This document shows positions 7,780 through 18,544 of a DNA stretch of 54,939 nt, piece by piece. Under the pieces are notes generated by a model. The model searched no databases. It was not told the origin of the DNA and was given only the letters and a program-made list of their open reading frames with translations. The DNA lies in the sequence record SRR31156797_10130. One strand, written 5' to 3'. Numbering within the stretch: the first letter of the stretch is position 1; each line of letters opens with the position of its first letter. Both the position numbers and the translations under genes were made by a program.

Positions 7780-9384
7780 TTGTCACTATTACTAAAATCT
7801 GAACACATCTTTGATACCAAAACGAAAACGACTTTTGCGGGCTTTCTCCTGATAGAAGACCAGAAAATCACGGCTGTAGGTCCTCTTTCAGCGCTGCCAA
7901 CACTTGCTGAAGACACCCAGGTCATTGATCTCAAAGAACAAATGATCATCCCGGGCTTTATTGATGCTCATGTTCATTTTTATCTTTCCGCATTACTCCA
8001 TCAAGGGGCACTGACCCATCTTACGGGAGTGACAGAAGAAGCCGTTGCCCAGCAAGTGCCCGCGCTGCCCATCACCCATGGATGGAAAATCGGCATCGGC
8101 TGGTTCAGCAGTGATTTCGGTCAGCAAGTCTACCCAACGAAAGATTCGATCGACAACTATTGTGCCGACACGCCTGTCATGCTGATTTCCGGTGATGCCC
8201 ACAGCATTTGGTTGAATAGCCAAGGGATCGCTGCTTTAGGGATCACACCTGAGAACTTGCCAACGGGGATCAGCGGGGAGGCATTGCTTGACGAAAACAG
8301 CGGACAATTAAGCGGCTGCTTTTTAGAAGCAATCGCCATTCATTATTTAGCAAAGGTCTTACAGTCATTCCAAGCGCAAAGCCCTGCTGCGTTTTTGACC
8401 TATATGAAACAGCTCAATCAATACGGCATCACGACGATCGGCGATGTTGCCTTGACAGGAGAAAGCTGGGACGATCTAGTCTATCCCACTCTTTATCGAC
8501 AGACGGAAGCAGAAGCGACCTTGCGCGCTGTCTTTTATCCAGCCATGCGAGAAGACATCACGCAACTAAAAGAAACTTACCGTACGTATCGCTCCGAAAA
8601 AGTACAAATGGGCGGCGTCAAACAATTTTTTGACGGCGTGACGAGTACGCACACGGCTTTTTTAAAAGCAGAATATGAAACACCGTATTTTGCTGGTGAT
8701 GTCGGGATGCCGTTGATCGATGTTCAACGGATGCGCCGCTTTATATTACAAGCTAACCAGCAAGACTGGCCGATGCGCATCCATACCATCGGTGATGAAG
8801 CGATTCGACAAGCACTCCTCTTTTATCAAGAAAGTGCTGCTGCTCACCCGCTTTCTAAAGGCAAAGCCAATACCTTGGAACACTTGGAAGTGATGGATGC
8901 CGCCGATTTGCCACTAGTTCGCCAAGAACAACTGGTACTCTCCGTACAGCCTAGCCATTTATTAGTCGGTTATGAGACCCTCGATGAAGAAGTAGGACCT
9001 CAGCGTGCCAGTCAAATGTTTCCTTTTCAATCCTTTCTAGAGCAAGGTGCCACCTTGGCTTTTGGGACTGATACGCCGGTCGTGATCGACGTGCCCCCTT
9101 TAGACTCGCTGTATTATGCGGTTGCTCGACAAGAAAAAAATGGCCAGCCAGCAGGCGGATTGATGCCACAGGAAAAAATCACCATCGCCGATGCCCTCTA
9201 TGCCCACACCGCAGGCGCCGCCAAAGCCTTGAGTCGGCAAGATATCGGTCAATTAGAAGTTGGCTGTTTAGCCGATCTTTGTATTTTGTCACAAAACATC
9301 TTGCCTTTAACTGCCGAAGAATTGCTTCAAACGACCGTTGAAGCCACCGTATTTGATGGACGATTTGTTTATCGGGGCAACTAA
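7780..9384 (+). CDS. Metal-dependent amidohydrolase (Amidohydro_3/YtcJ-like)
   Basis: PGFIDAHVH, KQFFDG, HTIGD, EH and FGTD motifs; TTG start directly after the potD stop. Confidence 0.88.
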   Translation: MSLLLKSEHIFDTKTKTTFAGFLLIEDQKITAVGPLSALPTLAEDTQVIDLKEQMIIPGFIDAHVHFYLSALLHQGALTHLTGVTEEAVAQQVPALPITHGWKIGIGWFSSDFGQQVYPTKDSIDNYCADTPVMLISGDAHSIWLNSQGIAALGITPENLPTGISGEALLDENSGQLSGCFLEAIAIHYLAKVLQSFQAQSPAAFLTYMKQLNQYGITTIGDVALTGESWDDLVYPTLYRQTEAEATLRAVFYPAMREDITQLKETYRTYRSEKVQMGGVKQFFDGVTSTHTAFLKAEYETPYFAGDVGMPLIDVQRMRRFILQANQQDWPMRIHTIGDEAIRQALLFYQESAAAHPLSKGKANTLEHLEVMDAADLPLVRQEQLVLSVQPSHLLVGYETLDEEVGPQRASQMFPFQSFLEQGATLAFGTDTPVVIDVPPLDSLYYAVARQEKNGQPAGGLMPQEKITIADALYAHTAGAAKALSRQDIGQLEVGCLADLCILSQNILPLTAEELLQTTVEATVFDGRFVYRGN

Positions 9385-9403
9385 CATGAACCCCTGATAT
9401 GGA

Positions 9404-9429
9404 CCACGCGTGTTTTACGCGTGGTTTTT
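9404..9429 (+). terminator. Intrinsic terminator
   Basis: CCACGCGT/ACGCGTGG hairpin plus T-tract. Confidence 0.75.
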
Positions 9430-9456
9430 GTTTTGTACGCGCTGAAATTGATACGC

Positions 9457-9495
9457 AAAAAAACTCCAGCACTTGTACACCGCAAGTACTGGAGT
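9457..9495 (-). terminator. Terminator of bgl operon
   Basis: ACTCCAGTACTTG/CAAGTGCTGGAGT hairpin plus T7 on the minus strand. Confidence 0.75.
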
Positions 9496-9501
9496 ATTTA
9501 A

Positions 9502-10953
<1,452 letters not shown>

Positions 10954-10960
10954 CTAATGG

Positions 10961-12832
10961 TTAAAAAATGGCTAATAACTGATCGCCAGCTTTAATTTCT
11001 TGCTGTTGGGCAAGTGCCACAACATCTAAGAAGTCTGCCGTATTGGTAACAGTGATCATAACGGTATCTTCATACCCTGCCTGAGCGATTTTTTCTGCAT
11101 CAAAGTGCAATAATGTTTCTCCCATAGTGATTTGATCACCTTCATTGACTAGTCGTTCAAAGGCACTTCCTTGCATATTCACCGTATCAATACCGATGTG
11201 GATCAGTAGTTCAATCCCCTCGGTACTGGTAAGTCCAATCGCATGATTTCCTGGAAAAACGGCAGAAACCTGTCCCGTAAATGGGGCAATCACCTGTTGA
11301 TCTTGTGGCTTAACAGCAATTCCTTTACCTAATGCCAATGAAGCAAACGCCTGATCATTGGTTTCTGTCAATGGAACGGCAGTTCCTTTTAAAGGTGATA
11401 ATACAATTTTTTCAATCGCTGATTGTTCTTTCTTCGTTTCAGAAGAAACATCAGTTGCTTTGGCTGTCACATCTTGCGCTCCAGATTTGACTGCTTGCGG
11501 CTGATTATTATTAGGAAAATCTGCATCTTTGACCATGACCCAGGTGTAAGCAAAGGCAATCGCAAAAGTAATCAACGAGCCGATCAGCGCATGAAACACA
11601 CTGCTGTATGATGGAAGCGCCACAAATGAAGCAATGACTACTGGCGTATTGATTTTCATCAAACCAAAATAAAGTCCCCCAGCAGCACCCCCAAGGATCA
11701 TTCCGACAATCGGTTTTTTCAGACGTAATGTTACTCCGTACAAAGCAGGTTCAGACACACCCATCAAGGCAGTAATTGCCGATGAAAAACTCACTTGTTT
11801 AAATTCCGTATCCTTAGCTTTGATTCCAGCCGCTAAACAAATCGCTGCTTCGGCAGCCAATCCAAGCAGCATACCAGGGACGATCAAATCATCATACCCG
11901 TACGTTGCCAAAGAAGTTAATAAAATAGGGGTCAGCGTCGTGTGCATGCCCGTCATTACTAGCAATTGAGCAAAGGCACCCATAAACAAGACGGCTAACG
12001 GACCAAAATTGTTTGTTAAGTAGTTCAAAAACTGTGACACATAGTTGCCGATCGTCACACCTAATGGTCCGATTAGCAATAGAGCCAGCGGTGTGATCAC
12101 GATGATGGCGATCAATGGACGTAGAATAAATTTGACACTGTTCGGTAAAATCCGATCGGCGAACCGATAGACATAAGACATAACCCAGACACTTAATAAG
12201 ACTGGCAAAACGGAGGCATTGTAGCTCACATTCGGTACGAGCAATCCAAACAATGTGATTCCTCCTTCTTGGCTAAGAAGGGCCGTCAATCCTGGCATCA
12301 CAAAAATCGCTCCGACGTAGCTTCCTAAGAAAGGATCAATTTTCAATCGTTTGGCCACAGAATTTCCTAAATAAACGGGAATGAAAAAGAAGGCTGCTTG
12401 CGATACTTGATACAATACGAGATACGTATCGTCAGTTGCAGCTAAAATTCCTGATAACTCCAATAGTGAAAGGACCACTTGCAGCATTCCTCCAGCTGCT
12501 ATGATTGCAATCATCGGTGTAAAACAGCCTGCGATAAAGTCAAGGAGTCGTGAGATGATCGATTGATCGCTACTGCTTTGATCAGCCGTCGTTTCTGTCG
12601 TCGGTAGTTGAGCGTATACACTCGATACATCTGGCCCAATAATCACTTGGTATTGACCATTTCCCTGAACGAGTCCAGTCACTCCTTTTAACTGTTTGAT
12701 TGCTTCACTGTCAGCTTTTTTGTCGTCGGCCAGCGTGAAACGCAGTCTTGTTGCACAGTGGGTCACGTGCTGGATATTTTTACCACCGCCGACATTTTCA
12801 TAAATTTCATTGGCTAGTTGTTTATAGTCCAT
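10961..12832 (-). CDS. PTS beta-glucoside transporter EIIBCA
   Basis: HCATRLRF (EIIB), GVSEPALYG (EIIC), LIHIGIDTV (EIIA). Confidence 0.94.
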   Translation of the reverse strand: MDYKQLANEIYENVGGGKNIQHVTHCATRLRFTLADDKKADSEAIKQLKGVTGLVQGNGQYQVIIGPDVSSVYAQLPTTETTADQSSSDQSIISRLLDFIAGCFTPMIAIIAAGGMLQVVLSLLELSGILAATDDTYLVLYQVSQAAFFFIPVYLGNSVAKRLKIDPFLGSYVGAIFVMPGLTALLSQEGGITLFGLLVPNVSYNASVLPVLLSVWVMSYVYRFADRILPNSVKFILRPLIAIIVITPLALLLIGPLGVTIGNYVSQFLNYLTNNFGPLAVLFMGAFAQLLVMTGMHTTLTPILLTSLATYGYDDLIVPGMLLGLAAEAAICLAAGIKAKDTEFKQVSFSSAITALMGVSEPALYGVTLRLKKPIVGMILGGAAGGLYFGLMKINTPVVIASFVALPSYSSVFHALIGSLITFAIAFAYTWVMVKDADFPNNNQPQAVKSGAQDVTAKATDVSSETKKEQSAIEKIVLSPLKGTAVPLTETNDQAFASLALGKGIAVKPQDQQVIAPFTGQVSAVFPGNHAIGLTSTEGIELLIHIGIDTVNMQGSAFERLVNEGDQITMGETLLHFDAEKIAQAGYEDTVMITVTNTADFLDVVALAQQQEIKAGDQLLAIF

Positions 12833-13679
12833 TGTTTTTCTCCCTTTCTCCTTGTTCCGTCAATTTCTGGATATGGAGTGATAGATAAATTTCTTCATTT
12901 TCTGAGATGTTGATATCATACGTATTTTTGATATAAACCTTGATTTTTTCCACACAGTGAAACGCTTGCGGATACATCTTCTCAATTTGTGCATAGAGCG
13001 TCGACGCTTCATAGCTGGGAAGTGTATGATTGATCACATTTTGTGCAAAATAGTGCAGATGCGTGACAAAGCGAGAATAATGAAAACTATTCTCATCAAA
13101 ATTTTGTTTGTACTCATACTTTACGATCGTCAGTACGTCTTCTATAAATTTCGCGATTTGATTGGTAACCGCCATATCCTTCTTTTGTGATTGGACATTT
13201 ACAAAATGCAATGCGATGGAGATCGCTTCTTCTGTTGGTACATCGATCGTTAGTTCTTGCTCCATAAGTTGGACAGCATACACCCCAATGGCATATTCAT
13301 CGGGATAAAATCGCCGAATATCCCATTGCAAAGGACTATGAAAAGTCATTTGCTGCTTGATACGATGAACAGTGAAATCAATATGATCCAGCAAAGTCAA
13401 ATAAATATAGTCGCTGACTGCTAAGCGATAATTCTGTTTGGCATAAGCCACGATTTTAGCAACGATCGCTACGTATTTCGGATCGCACTTTCCTAATTGA
13501 TAGCTAAAATGTTCCAACATTGCGTGAGTATCCAATACAAAAATCTTTTCAAAATCTTGTTCTTCTACATCATCTCCTACCTTCTTATTGAAGCTGATGC
13601 CTGTAGAAAATCCGATAATTTCATTGCTGCCTTTCTTTAGTAAGACAACATTATTATTTAAAAACTTCTTTATTTTCAT
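12822..13679 (-). CDS. BglG/LicT-family antiterminator (CAT plus two PRDs)
   Basis: MKIKKFLNNNVV CAT domain; PRD histidines in LLDHI, ALHF, FVTHL and SLHI; RBS GGAGG before ATG 13679. Confidence 0.93.
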   Translation of the reverse strand: MKIKKFLNNNVVLLKKGSNEIIGFSTGISFNKKVGDDVEEQDFEKIFVLDTHAMLEHFSYQLGKCDPKYVAIVAKIVAYAKQNYRLAVSDYIYLTLLDHIDFTVHRIKQQMTFHSPLQWDIRRFYPDEYAIGVYAVQLMEQELTIDVPTEEAISIALHFVNVQSQKKDMAVTNQIAKFIEDVLTIVKYEYKQNFDENSFHYSRFVTHLHYFAQNVINHTLPSYEASTLYAQIEKMYPQAFHCVEKIKVYIKNTYDINISENEEIYLSLHIQKLTEQGEREKNNGL

Positions 13680-13703
13680 GATTTCCTCCACCTTAAAAAC
13701 ACT

Positions 13704-13764
13704 AAAAAACCTCATACTCCACCCTTGGTGGAATATGAGGTTTGCCTTCTTACAGTAACACGCC
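13704..13764 (-). promoter_or_regulatory. RAT antiterminator overlapping a conditional terminator
   Basis: Minus strand GGCGTGTTACTGTAAGAAGGCAAACC (RAT-like) overlapping the AAACCTCATATTCCACC/GGTGGAGTATGAGGTTT terminator. Confidence 0.85.
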
Positions 13765-13782
13765 TCTTGGTCACAGCACTTC

Positions 13783-13837
13783 TGTAACCGTTATCTAATT
13801 ATATCGGTATCATAGCACTTCAAAAAAAACTTGTCAA
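13783..13837 (-). promoter_or_regulatory. bgl operon promoter with downstream cre-like site
   Basis: TTGACA-17 bp-TATGAT with extended TG; TGTAACCGTTATCT at 13783-13796. Confidence 0.7.
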
Positions 13838-14340
13838 TCGCTTCCTTAAATTTTTTCGCACGATCGTTAAGCCCCCGTTGAGCTTCTCACAAAAGATATT
13901 TTTGTCAGACTGGTGTTTTAAGAACAACTTTTATTTTTTTAATCCCCAAACCAGCAACTTGTCGGCACAATAAACAACAATCTTCGTGCTTATGCAGCGC
14001 TTGAATCATCGTTTCTTTCTACAAACCATTTTTTGAGGGGAAAATGTCTCAATAACACGCAAAATCGAAAATAGATTCTCTTCTCTACTTTTGACACCTA
14101 TCTTAGCTATTCCTCGATTGGTCTATTTGTTTAAATTTCAAAACAAAATCGCTTTCATTTTTTGTCCTTCTATGCTGGAAAGCAAGTAGCAGTAAATTTA
14201 TACATCTAGGTTCCTTCGTCTTTCCTTTCAAATGCGCATTGGTCTATTCCACACCTCCCTTTATCCCTCAATCTTTTCTTAAGCGTTTGAACAATTTCTT
14301 AATAAAATAACTAACAAAAAATAAAGTTTTACTATATCTC

Positions 14341-14369
14341 TTGAATGTAAGCGGTAAATTTGTTATTAT
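14341..14369 (+). promoter_or_regulatory. SigA promoter with cre-like site in the spacer
   Basis: TTGAAT-17 bp-TATTAT with extended TG; TGTAAGCGGTAAAT at 14346-14359. Confidence 0.65.
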
Positions 14370-14396
14370 TACGAAGGATAAGGAGGTGTTTATCGA

Positions 14397-14543
14397 TTGT
14401 ATGCGATTAAAATCTTTCATGGTTATCTAACCGCCGAAGGAAAAAGAACACGGGACAAAACAATTGCATTGACCTATACTTGCAGAGAAGATGCTGAACG
14501 TTTCGCAAATAAAATCGGCGGGAGAGTTAAAAAAATTGGCTAA
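14397..14543 (+). CDS. Small basic 48-aa protein MYAIKIFHGYLTAEGKRTRDKTIALTYTCREDAERFANKIGGRVKKIG (not in the ORF track)
   Basis: Perfect SD AAGGAGGTG, TTG start, own promoter and terminator. Confidence 0.82.
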   Translation: MYAIKIFHGYLTAEGKRTRDKTIALTYTCREDAERFANKIGGRVKKIG

Positions 14544-14554
14544 CCAACTAGAAT

Positions 14555-14594
14555 AAAAAAGGCTGTCAACCTCAGTAGGTGACTGCCTTTTTTT
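14555..14594 (+). terminator. Intrinsic terminator
   Basis: AAAAAAGGCTGTCA..TGACTGCCTTTTTTT. Confidence 0.8.
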
Positions 14595-14762
14595 GTTATC
14601 TGATTTCTTTCAACTCTTTTCGCGGTACTAACTTTTTACATAACCGTCCCTATCCTTTCCTTGTCGAATCACGCTGTGAAGCAAGTTAGTTGGTTTTGAC
14701 GCCTTGAATCTTTATACTGAAACAAAGGCAGCAGCCAATCCAAAAAAAGGAGTGACCCGTCC

Positions 14763-15347
14763 ATGTGCGGCCGATACTTATTTGATCCATCAACTGGCGA
14801 ATTGTCAGAATATTATCAAGAAGCCGCGGCGAAAGCCCGCAAGCGCCAACAGACTGTCGCTATCAATGATGTTTTCCCCTCCAATCACGTCGTAACCATC
14901 GGTGCAAATCAACAACAACAAGTTGTAGCCGGTGTGACAAGATGGGGCTTTACCGGCTTTAAAAAAGGGCATTTGATGATCAATGCGCGTTCTGAGACTG
15001 TTGAAGAAAAACCGACTTTTCGCCAGCCTTTCCAAGAGCATCGCTGTGTCTTTCCGATGTCTGGTTTCTATGAATGGAATCATGAAAAGGAAAAGTTCCT
15101 CTTTTCGCAAGATCACGTGATTTATGCTGCTGGTTTTTATCGCATCCTTCAAAAAGAGGATCAGATCGAAACCGAATCAATCATTCTAACGACTGCCGCG
15201 AACGATTCTGTTGAACCAGTCCATGATCGAATGCCTCTGTTCTTAGAAAAAGAAGCGATTGCTTCTTGGATCAATGACTTGGCTTTTGCTCGCCAACAAC
15301 TCAAAGCAGAAATGCCCAAGCTGAAAACCCAATTGCTCTCTTCTTAA
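14763..15347 (+). CDS. SOS response-associated peptidase (SRAP/HMCES/YedK family)
   Basis: MCGRY catalytic Cys2, INARSET, GFYEW and HDRMP motifs. Confidence 0.95.
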   Translation: MCGRYLFDPSTGELSEYYQEAAAKARKRQQTVAINDVFPSNHVVTIGANQQQQVVAGVTRWGFTGFKKGHLMINARSETVEEKPTFRQPFQEHRCVFPMSGFYEWNHEKEKFLFSQDHVIYAAGFYRILQKEDQIETESIILTTAANDSVEPVHDRMPLFLEKEAIASWINDLAFARQQLKAEMPKLKTQLLSS

Positions 15348-15375
15348 CTGCTTGCTACTTCTTTTTCAGCAGAAC

Positions 15376-15413
15376 AAAAACCGCCAAGTCAGCTTTGATT
15401 TGGCGGTTTTTTT
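15376..15413. terminator. Bidirectional terminator
   Basis: AAAAACCGCCAAGTCA/TGATTTGGCGGTTTTT. Confidence 0.85.
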
Positions 15414-15429
15414 CTACTTCTGCTTTTTC

Positions 15430-16035
15430 TTAATAAACGGTGAAGGTCTTGCCAGTCATGATTCCAAAGACTGCTTTTTGATACGCTGCAAAAACGGGTG
15501 CGTCACCAACGGGAATAAAGCCTTTGAAAGAATCGGCGAAGGTTTCCCAAGAGCCCACAAGCGCATTGGGACTGACTGCATTGATTCGTATCCCCTGACC
15601 GATCTCAAAAGCTGCCGATGCCACGAAGGCTTCTAAACCGCCGTTGACCAGTGCTGAAGGCGTGCCCATTGGGATAAATTCGTCTTTGATAATTCCAGAA
15701 GTCAGCGTGATACTGCCACCTTCATTGAGAAAATGCTGGCCAATCAACGCAAGGTTGACTTGTCCTTGCAGCTTCGAAGCCACCGACTGTTGAATATCTG
15801 CTGGCGTCAATTCCTCAAAGGGTTTAAACACTGTGCTTCCCGCAGCGGAAACAATGGCATCCACTTTCCCAGTAGCTGCAAATAGCTGGCTGACACTGTC
15901 TGCATCCGCAATTTCGACTTGATGATCGCCGCTGCTACGGCTAGCCGTGATCAGCTCCACCTCTGGTAGCTGCTGAAAGCCTTCAACTAAAAGCTGCCCA
16001 AGTGTGCCGGTATGACCAATCAAAAGTAATTTCAT
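15430..16035 (-). CDS. Short-chain dehydrogenase (atypical short SDR)
   Basis: IGHTGTLG, DAIVSAAG, SKLQGQVNL and RINAVSP motifs. Confidence 0.88.
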   Translation of the reverse strand: MKLLLIGHTGTLGQLLVEGFQQLPEVELITASRSSGDHQVEIADADSVSQLFAATGKVDAIVSAAGSTVFKPFEELTPADIQQSVASKLQGQVNLALIGQHFLNEGGSITLTSGIIKDEFIPMGTPSALVNGGLEAFVASAAFEIGQGIRINAVSPNALVGSWETFADSFKGFIPVGDAPVFAAYQKAVFGIMTGKTFTVY

Positions 16036-16193
16036 TTGCTCGCCTCTTTTTTTTGTTTGTGTTTCGATTCTAACCCAACCAAGCGATTTCGACCATTCAT
16101 CTGCTTTTCCTGCCTTTTAGGTCTATTCTTGCCCTTGTCCATTTGTTCCCCTACTACCTGCGTAGTGATTGGAATCACCTATCACGAAAGCAA

Positions 16194-16222
16194 TTGACAA
16201 CTTTCTCATCTTGTTCTAAGAT
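16194..16222 (+). promoter_or_regulatory. SigA promoter
   Basis: TTGACA-17 bp-TAAGAT. Confidence 0.7.
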
Positions 16223-16239
16223 ACTACTAATTTCATACA

Positions 16240-16497
16240 CATGCAGTGAGAAGAAGAGTACGATCCCCCCTTTCTTTCAAGAGAGCTCGGAACTGGTGAA
16301 AACGAGTAAGGAAGACGATCCGAAGATGACCTTTGAGCATTCGTGGACGAACAATCCCCGACGGAGAAAGCCCGATAGCGCAATGCAGTTTATTTGATGA
16401 ACTGACTGAGGTTTTTTGTTTCAGCAAAAAACAAACGAAGGTGGTACCGCGAAATGATCATCCTTCCCAAAGACTATTCTTTGGGAAGGCTTTTTTT
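16240..16497 (+). ncRNA. T-box riboswitch, Met (AUG) specifier
   Basis: GAGTA, AGAGA and GGTGA motifs; GAAG-ATG-A specifier (16326-16328); T-box AAGGTGGTACCGCG (16438-16451); terminator CCTTCCCAAAGA/TCTTTGGGAAGG plus T-tract. Confidence 0.94.
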
Positions 16498-16517
16498 ATA
16501 AAAAAGGAGGAAAAGTT

Positions 16518-17357
16518 ATGAAACGAAAGATTCGATTGGGTGTGGGCATTGGTTTATTGTCCTTAGTTTTATTTGCCGGTTGTGGCAATCAAGAAGAAGT
16601 AACGGGAAATGCCGAGGAACAGCAGACAGAAATCAGATTGGGGACGACACCAGGGCCTTACAGCGAACTGTTTCTCAAAGGAATCAAACCGATTTTAGAA
16701 GAAGCTGGCTATACTGTGACGGATATTGGCTTTACTGGGGTCTTGGAAGCGGACATTGCATTGAACGATGGCGAGATCGACTTAAACGTCGATCAGCACA
16801 CCGCCTATTTAGAAAACTTCAATGAAAACACGGATGCCGATTTAGTGGGTATCACACCGATTCCTACCGTTCCAGCCGGCTTGTATCCTGGCAGAAAGGA
16901 CAGTTTAACAGCGATTGAAGCAAACGATACCATCGGGATCCCCAATGATCCGTCAAATAGTGCCCGGGCCCTGTTGCTGCTGCAAAAAGCCGGCTGGATC
17001 GAACTTGACCCGGAAGTGGCGCCCATTGACGCGACGTTAAGAACCATTACTGACAATCCTTATGACTTGGATATCGTTGAGATGGATTCTGCGCAAATCC
17101 ACCGCAGCTTAGCAGATTTAGACTATGCTGTGATTCCCGGCAGCATCGTTTACAGTGCTGGAATCGCTGCAGAGGAAAGCTTATTAAGTGAAGACATTTT
17201 GCAAGAGTATGAACTGGTGGCAACGGTAAAAAAAGCCAACAAAGATAGTGACTGGGCACAGGCAGTGGTGGCAGCTTATCATTCTGAAGCCTTTAAAGAA
17301 CTGCTGGCAGAAGAAAATCAAACGGGTTATTGGTTTATTCCTGAAGAATTGCAATGA
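16518..17357 (+). CDS. metQ: MetQ/NlpA-family methionine-binding lipoprotein
   Basis: Lipobox FAGC, DLNVDQH and IPNDPSNSARALLLL motifs; Met T-box upstream. Confidence 0.9.
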   Translation: MKRKIRLGVGIGLLSLVLFAGCGNQEEVTGNAEEQQTEIRLGTTPGPYSELFLKGIKPILEEAGYTVTDIGFTGVLEADIALNDGEIDLNVDQHTAYLENFNENTDADLVGITPIPTVPAGLYPGRKDSLTAIEANDTIGIPNDPSNSARALLLLQKAGWIELDPEVAPIDATLRTITDNPYDLDIVEMDSAQIHRSLADLDYAVIPGSIVYSAGIAAEESLLSEDILQEYELVATVKKANKDSDWAQAVVAAYHSEAFKELLAEENQTGYWFIPEELQ

Positions 17358-17495
17358 CCGCTTCACAAGTAGCAATAGGCAGCAACTGTCGTCGTATTTT
17401 TTAAAGAAGCTTCTATTACTATAGAAGGAAAAGACATGACTACTATTGATTAGTGGACCATTCCCCGTCTGAATCTTTGTAAAGGAGGTCAAAAA

Positions 17496-18407
17496 TTGAA
17501 TATTCAACAAATGCGCATCGTGCAAGCGATCGCTGACCATGGAAGTTTTCGTGAAGCAGCCAAACGGCTGTATCTTTCGCAGCCAAGTCTTTCCCAAGCC
17601 GTGAAAGAGTTGGAAACAGAATTGGAGGTCCAGCTTTTCGAGCGTACGAATCAAGGCGCCCGCTTGACTGCCGAAGGCTCGGAATTTCTAGACCATGCCC
17701 AGCCGATCTTGAGTCAAGTGGCGCAGCTGCAAACGCGTTTTTCCAGCAAGCAAGCAGCGAGTCAAACCTTCGCTATCGCAAGCCAGCACTATGATTTCAC
17801 GGCTGGAATTTTCAGTGAGCTGCTGCAGGAATTTCCCGACTGCCGCCAGTTTCGCTTATTAGAAACCACGACCTTAAAGGTGATCACGGACGTGCAACAA
17901 TATCGAAGTGAATTTGGGATCCTTTATTTGAATGAGCAAAACCAAGCAGGATTGGAACGACTGCTGCAAGGCGCCCAATTGTCCTTCGAGGCGTTGGGAC
18001 GGTTTCGCCCCCATGTCTTTTTGCGAGCAGCTCATCCCTTGACAGAAAAAAGGCAGCTTTCCTTAAGAGATCTCGCCCCTTATCCACAAGTACGCTTTTT
18101 GCAAGAAGATGAACGCTATTCGTTCTTCTCAGAAGATTTGATCGACTTCGCTCAAAGCCCTCAAGTGGTGCATGTCAGCGATCGAGGCACGATGGTCCAG
18201 CTATTACAACAGACGGATCTTTATGGAACCGGCTCGGGGATCGTTGCCCAACCAGAACGCCAAGGCTTGGCTTTTCTTCCTTTGATCGACGCGTCCGAGG
18301 GTGAGATCATCCTCATTAAAAAGAACGATCGCCCGTTATCAGTGATCGGCGAGCGTTTCTTAGCAAAATTACGGCATCATCTTACAGCTTTTCCTAGTGA
18401 TATATAA
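17496..18407 (+). CDS. LysR-family regulator, streptococcal CpsY/MtaR(MetR)-like
   Basis: HTH SFREAAKRLYLSQPSLS; ASQHYDF, ETTT, GILYLN and FFSE motifs typical of CpsY/MtaR. Confidence 0.88.
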   Translation: MNIQQMRIVQAIADHGSFREAAKRLYLSQPSLSQAVKELETELEVQLFERTNQGARLTAEGSEFLDHAQPILSQVAQLQTRFSSKQAASQTFAIASQHYDFTAGIFSELLQEFPDCRQFRLLETTTLKVITDVQQYRSEFGILYLNEQNQAGLERLLQGAQLSFEALGRFRPHVFLRAAHPLTEKRQLSLRDLAPYPQVRFLQEDERYSFFSEDLIDFAQSPQVVHVSDRGTMVQLLQQTDLYGTGSGIVAQPERQGLAFLPLIDASEGEIILIKKNDRPLSVIGERFLAKLRHHLTAFPSDI

Positions 18408-18464
18408 GCGAAGGCCTCCTCTTCCAACTCCCCATAGATGATTGGCTGCTCCTTCGCATTATAT

Positions 18465-18513
18465 AAAAAATCCTTGAGCCACTTCCCATGCAGGAGGCTC
18501 AAGGATTTTCTTT
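18465..18513. terminator. Bidirectional terminator
   Basis: AAAATCCTTGAGCC/GGCTCAAGGATTTT. Confidence 0.8.
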
Positions 18514-18544
18514 TACGGTTAACATTGTCGGCAATCACCGCTGA

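Noticed and set aside
14600-14762. LexA box upstream of the SRAP gene
   Set aside because: No GAAC-N4-GTTC match was seen.
16143-16521. Short ORFs 16143-16397, 16233-16427 and 16333-16521
   Set aside because: They coincide with the Met T-box leader.
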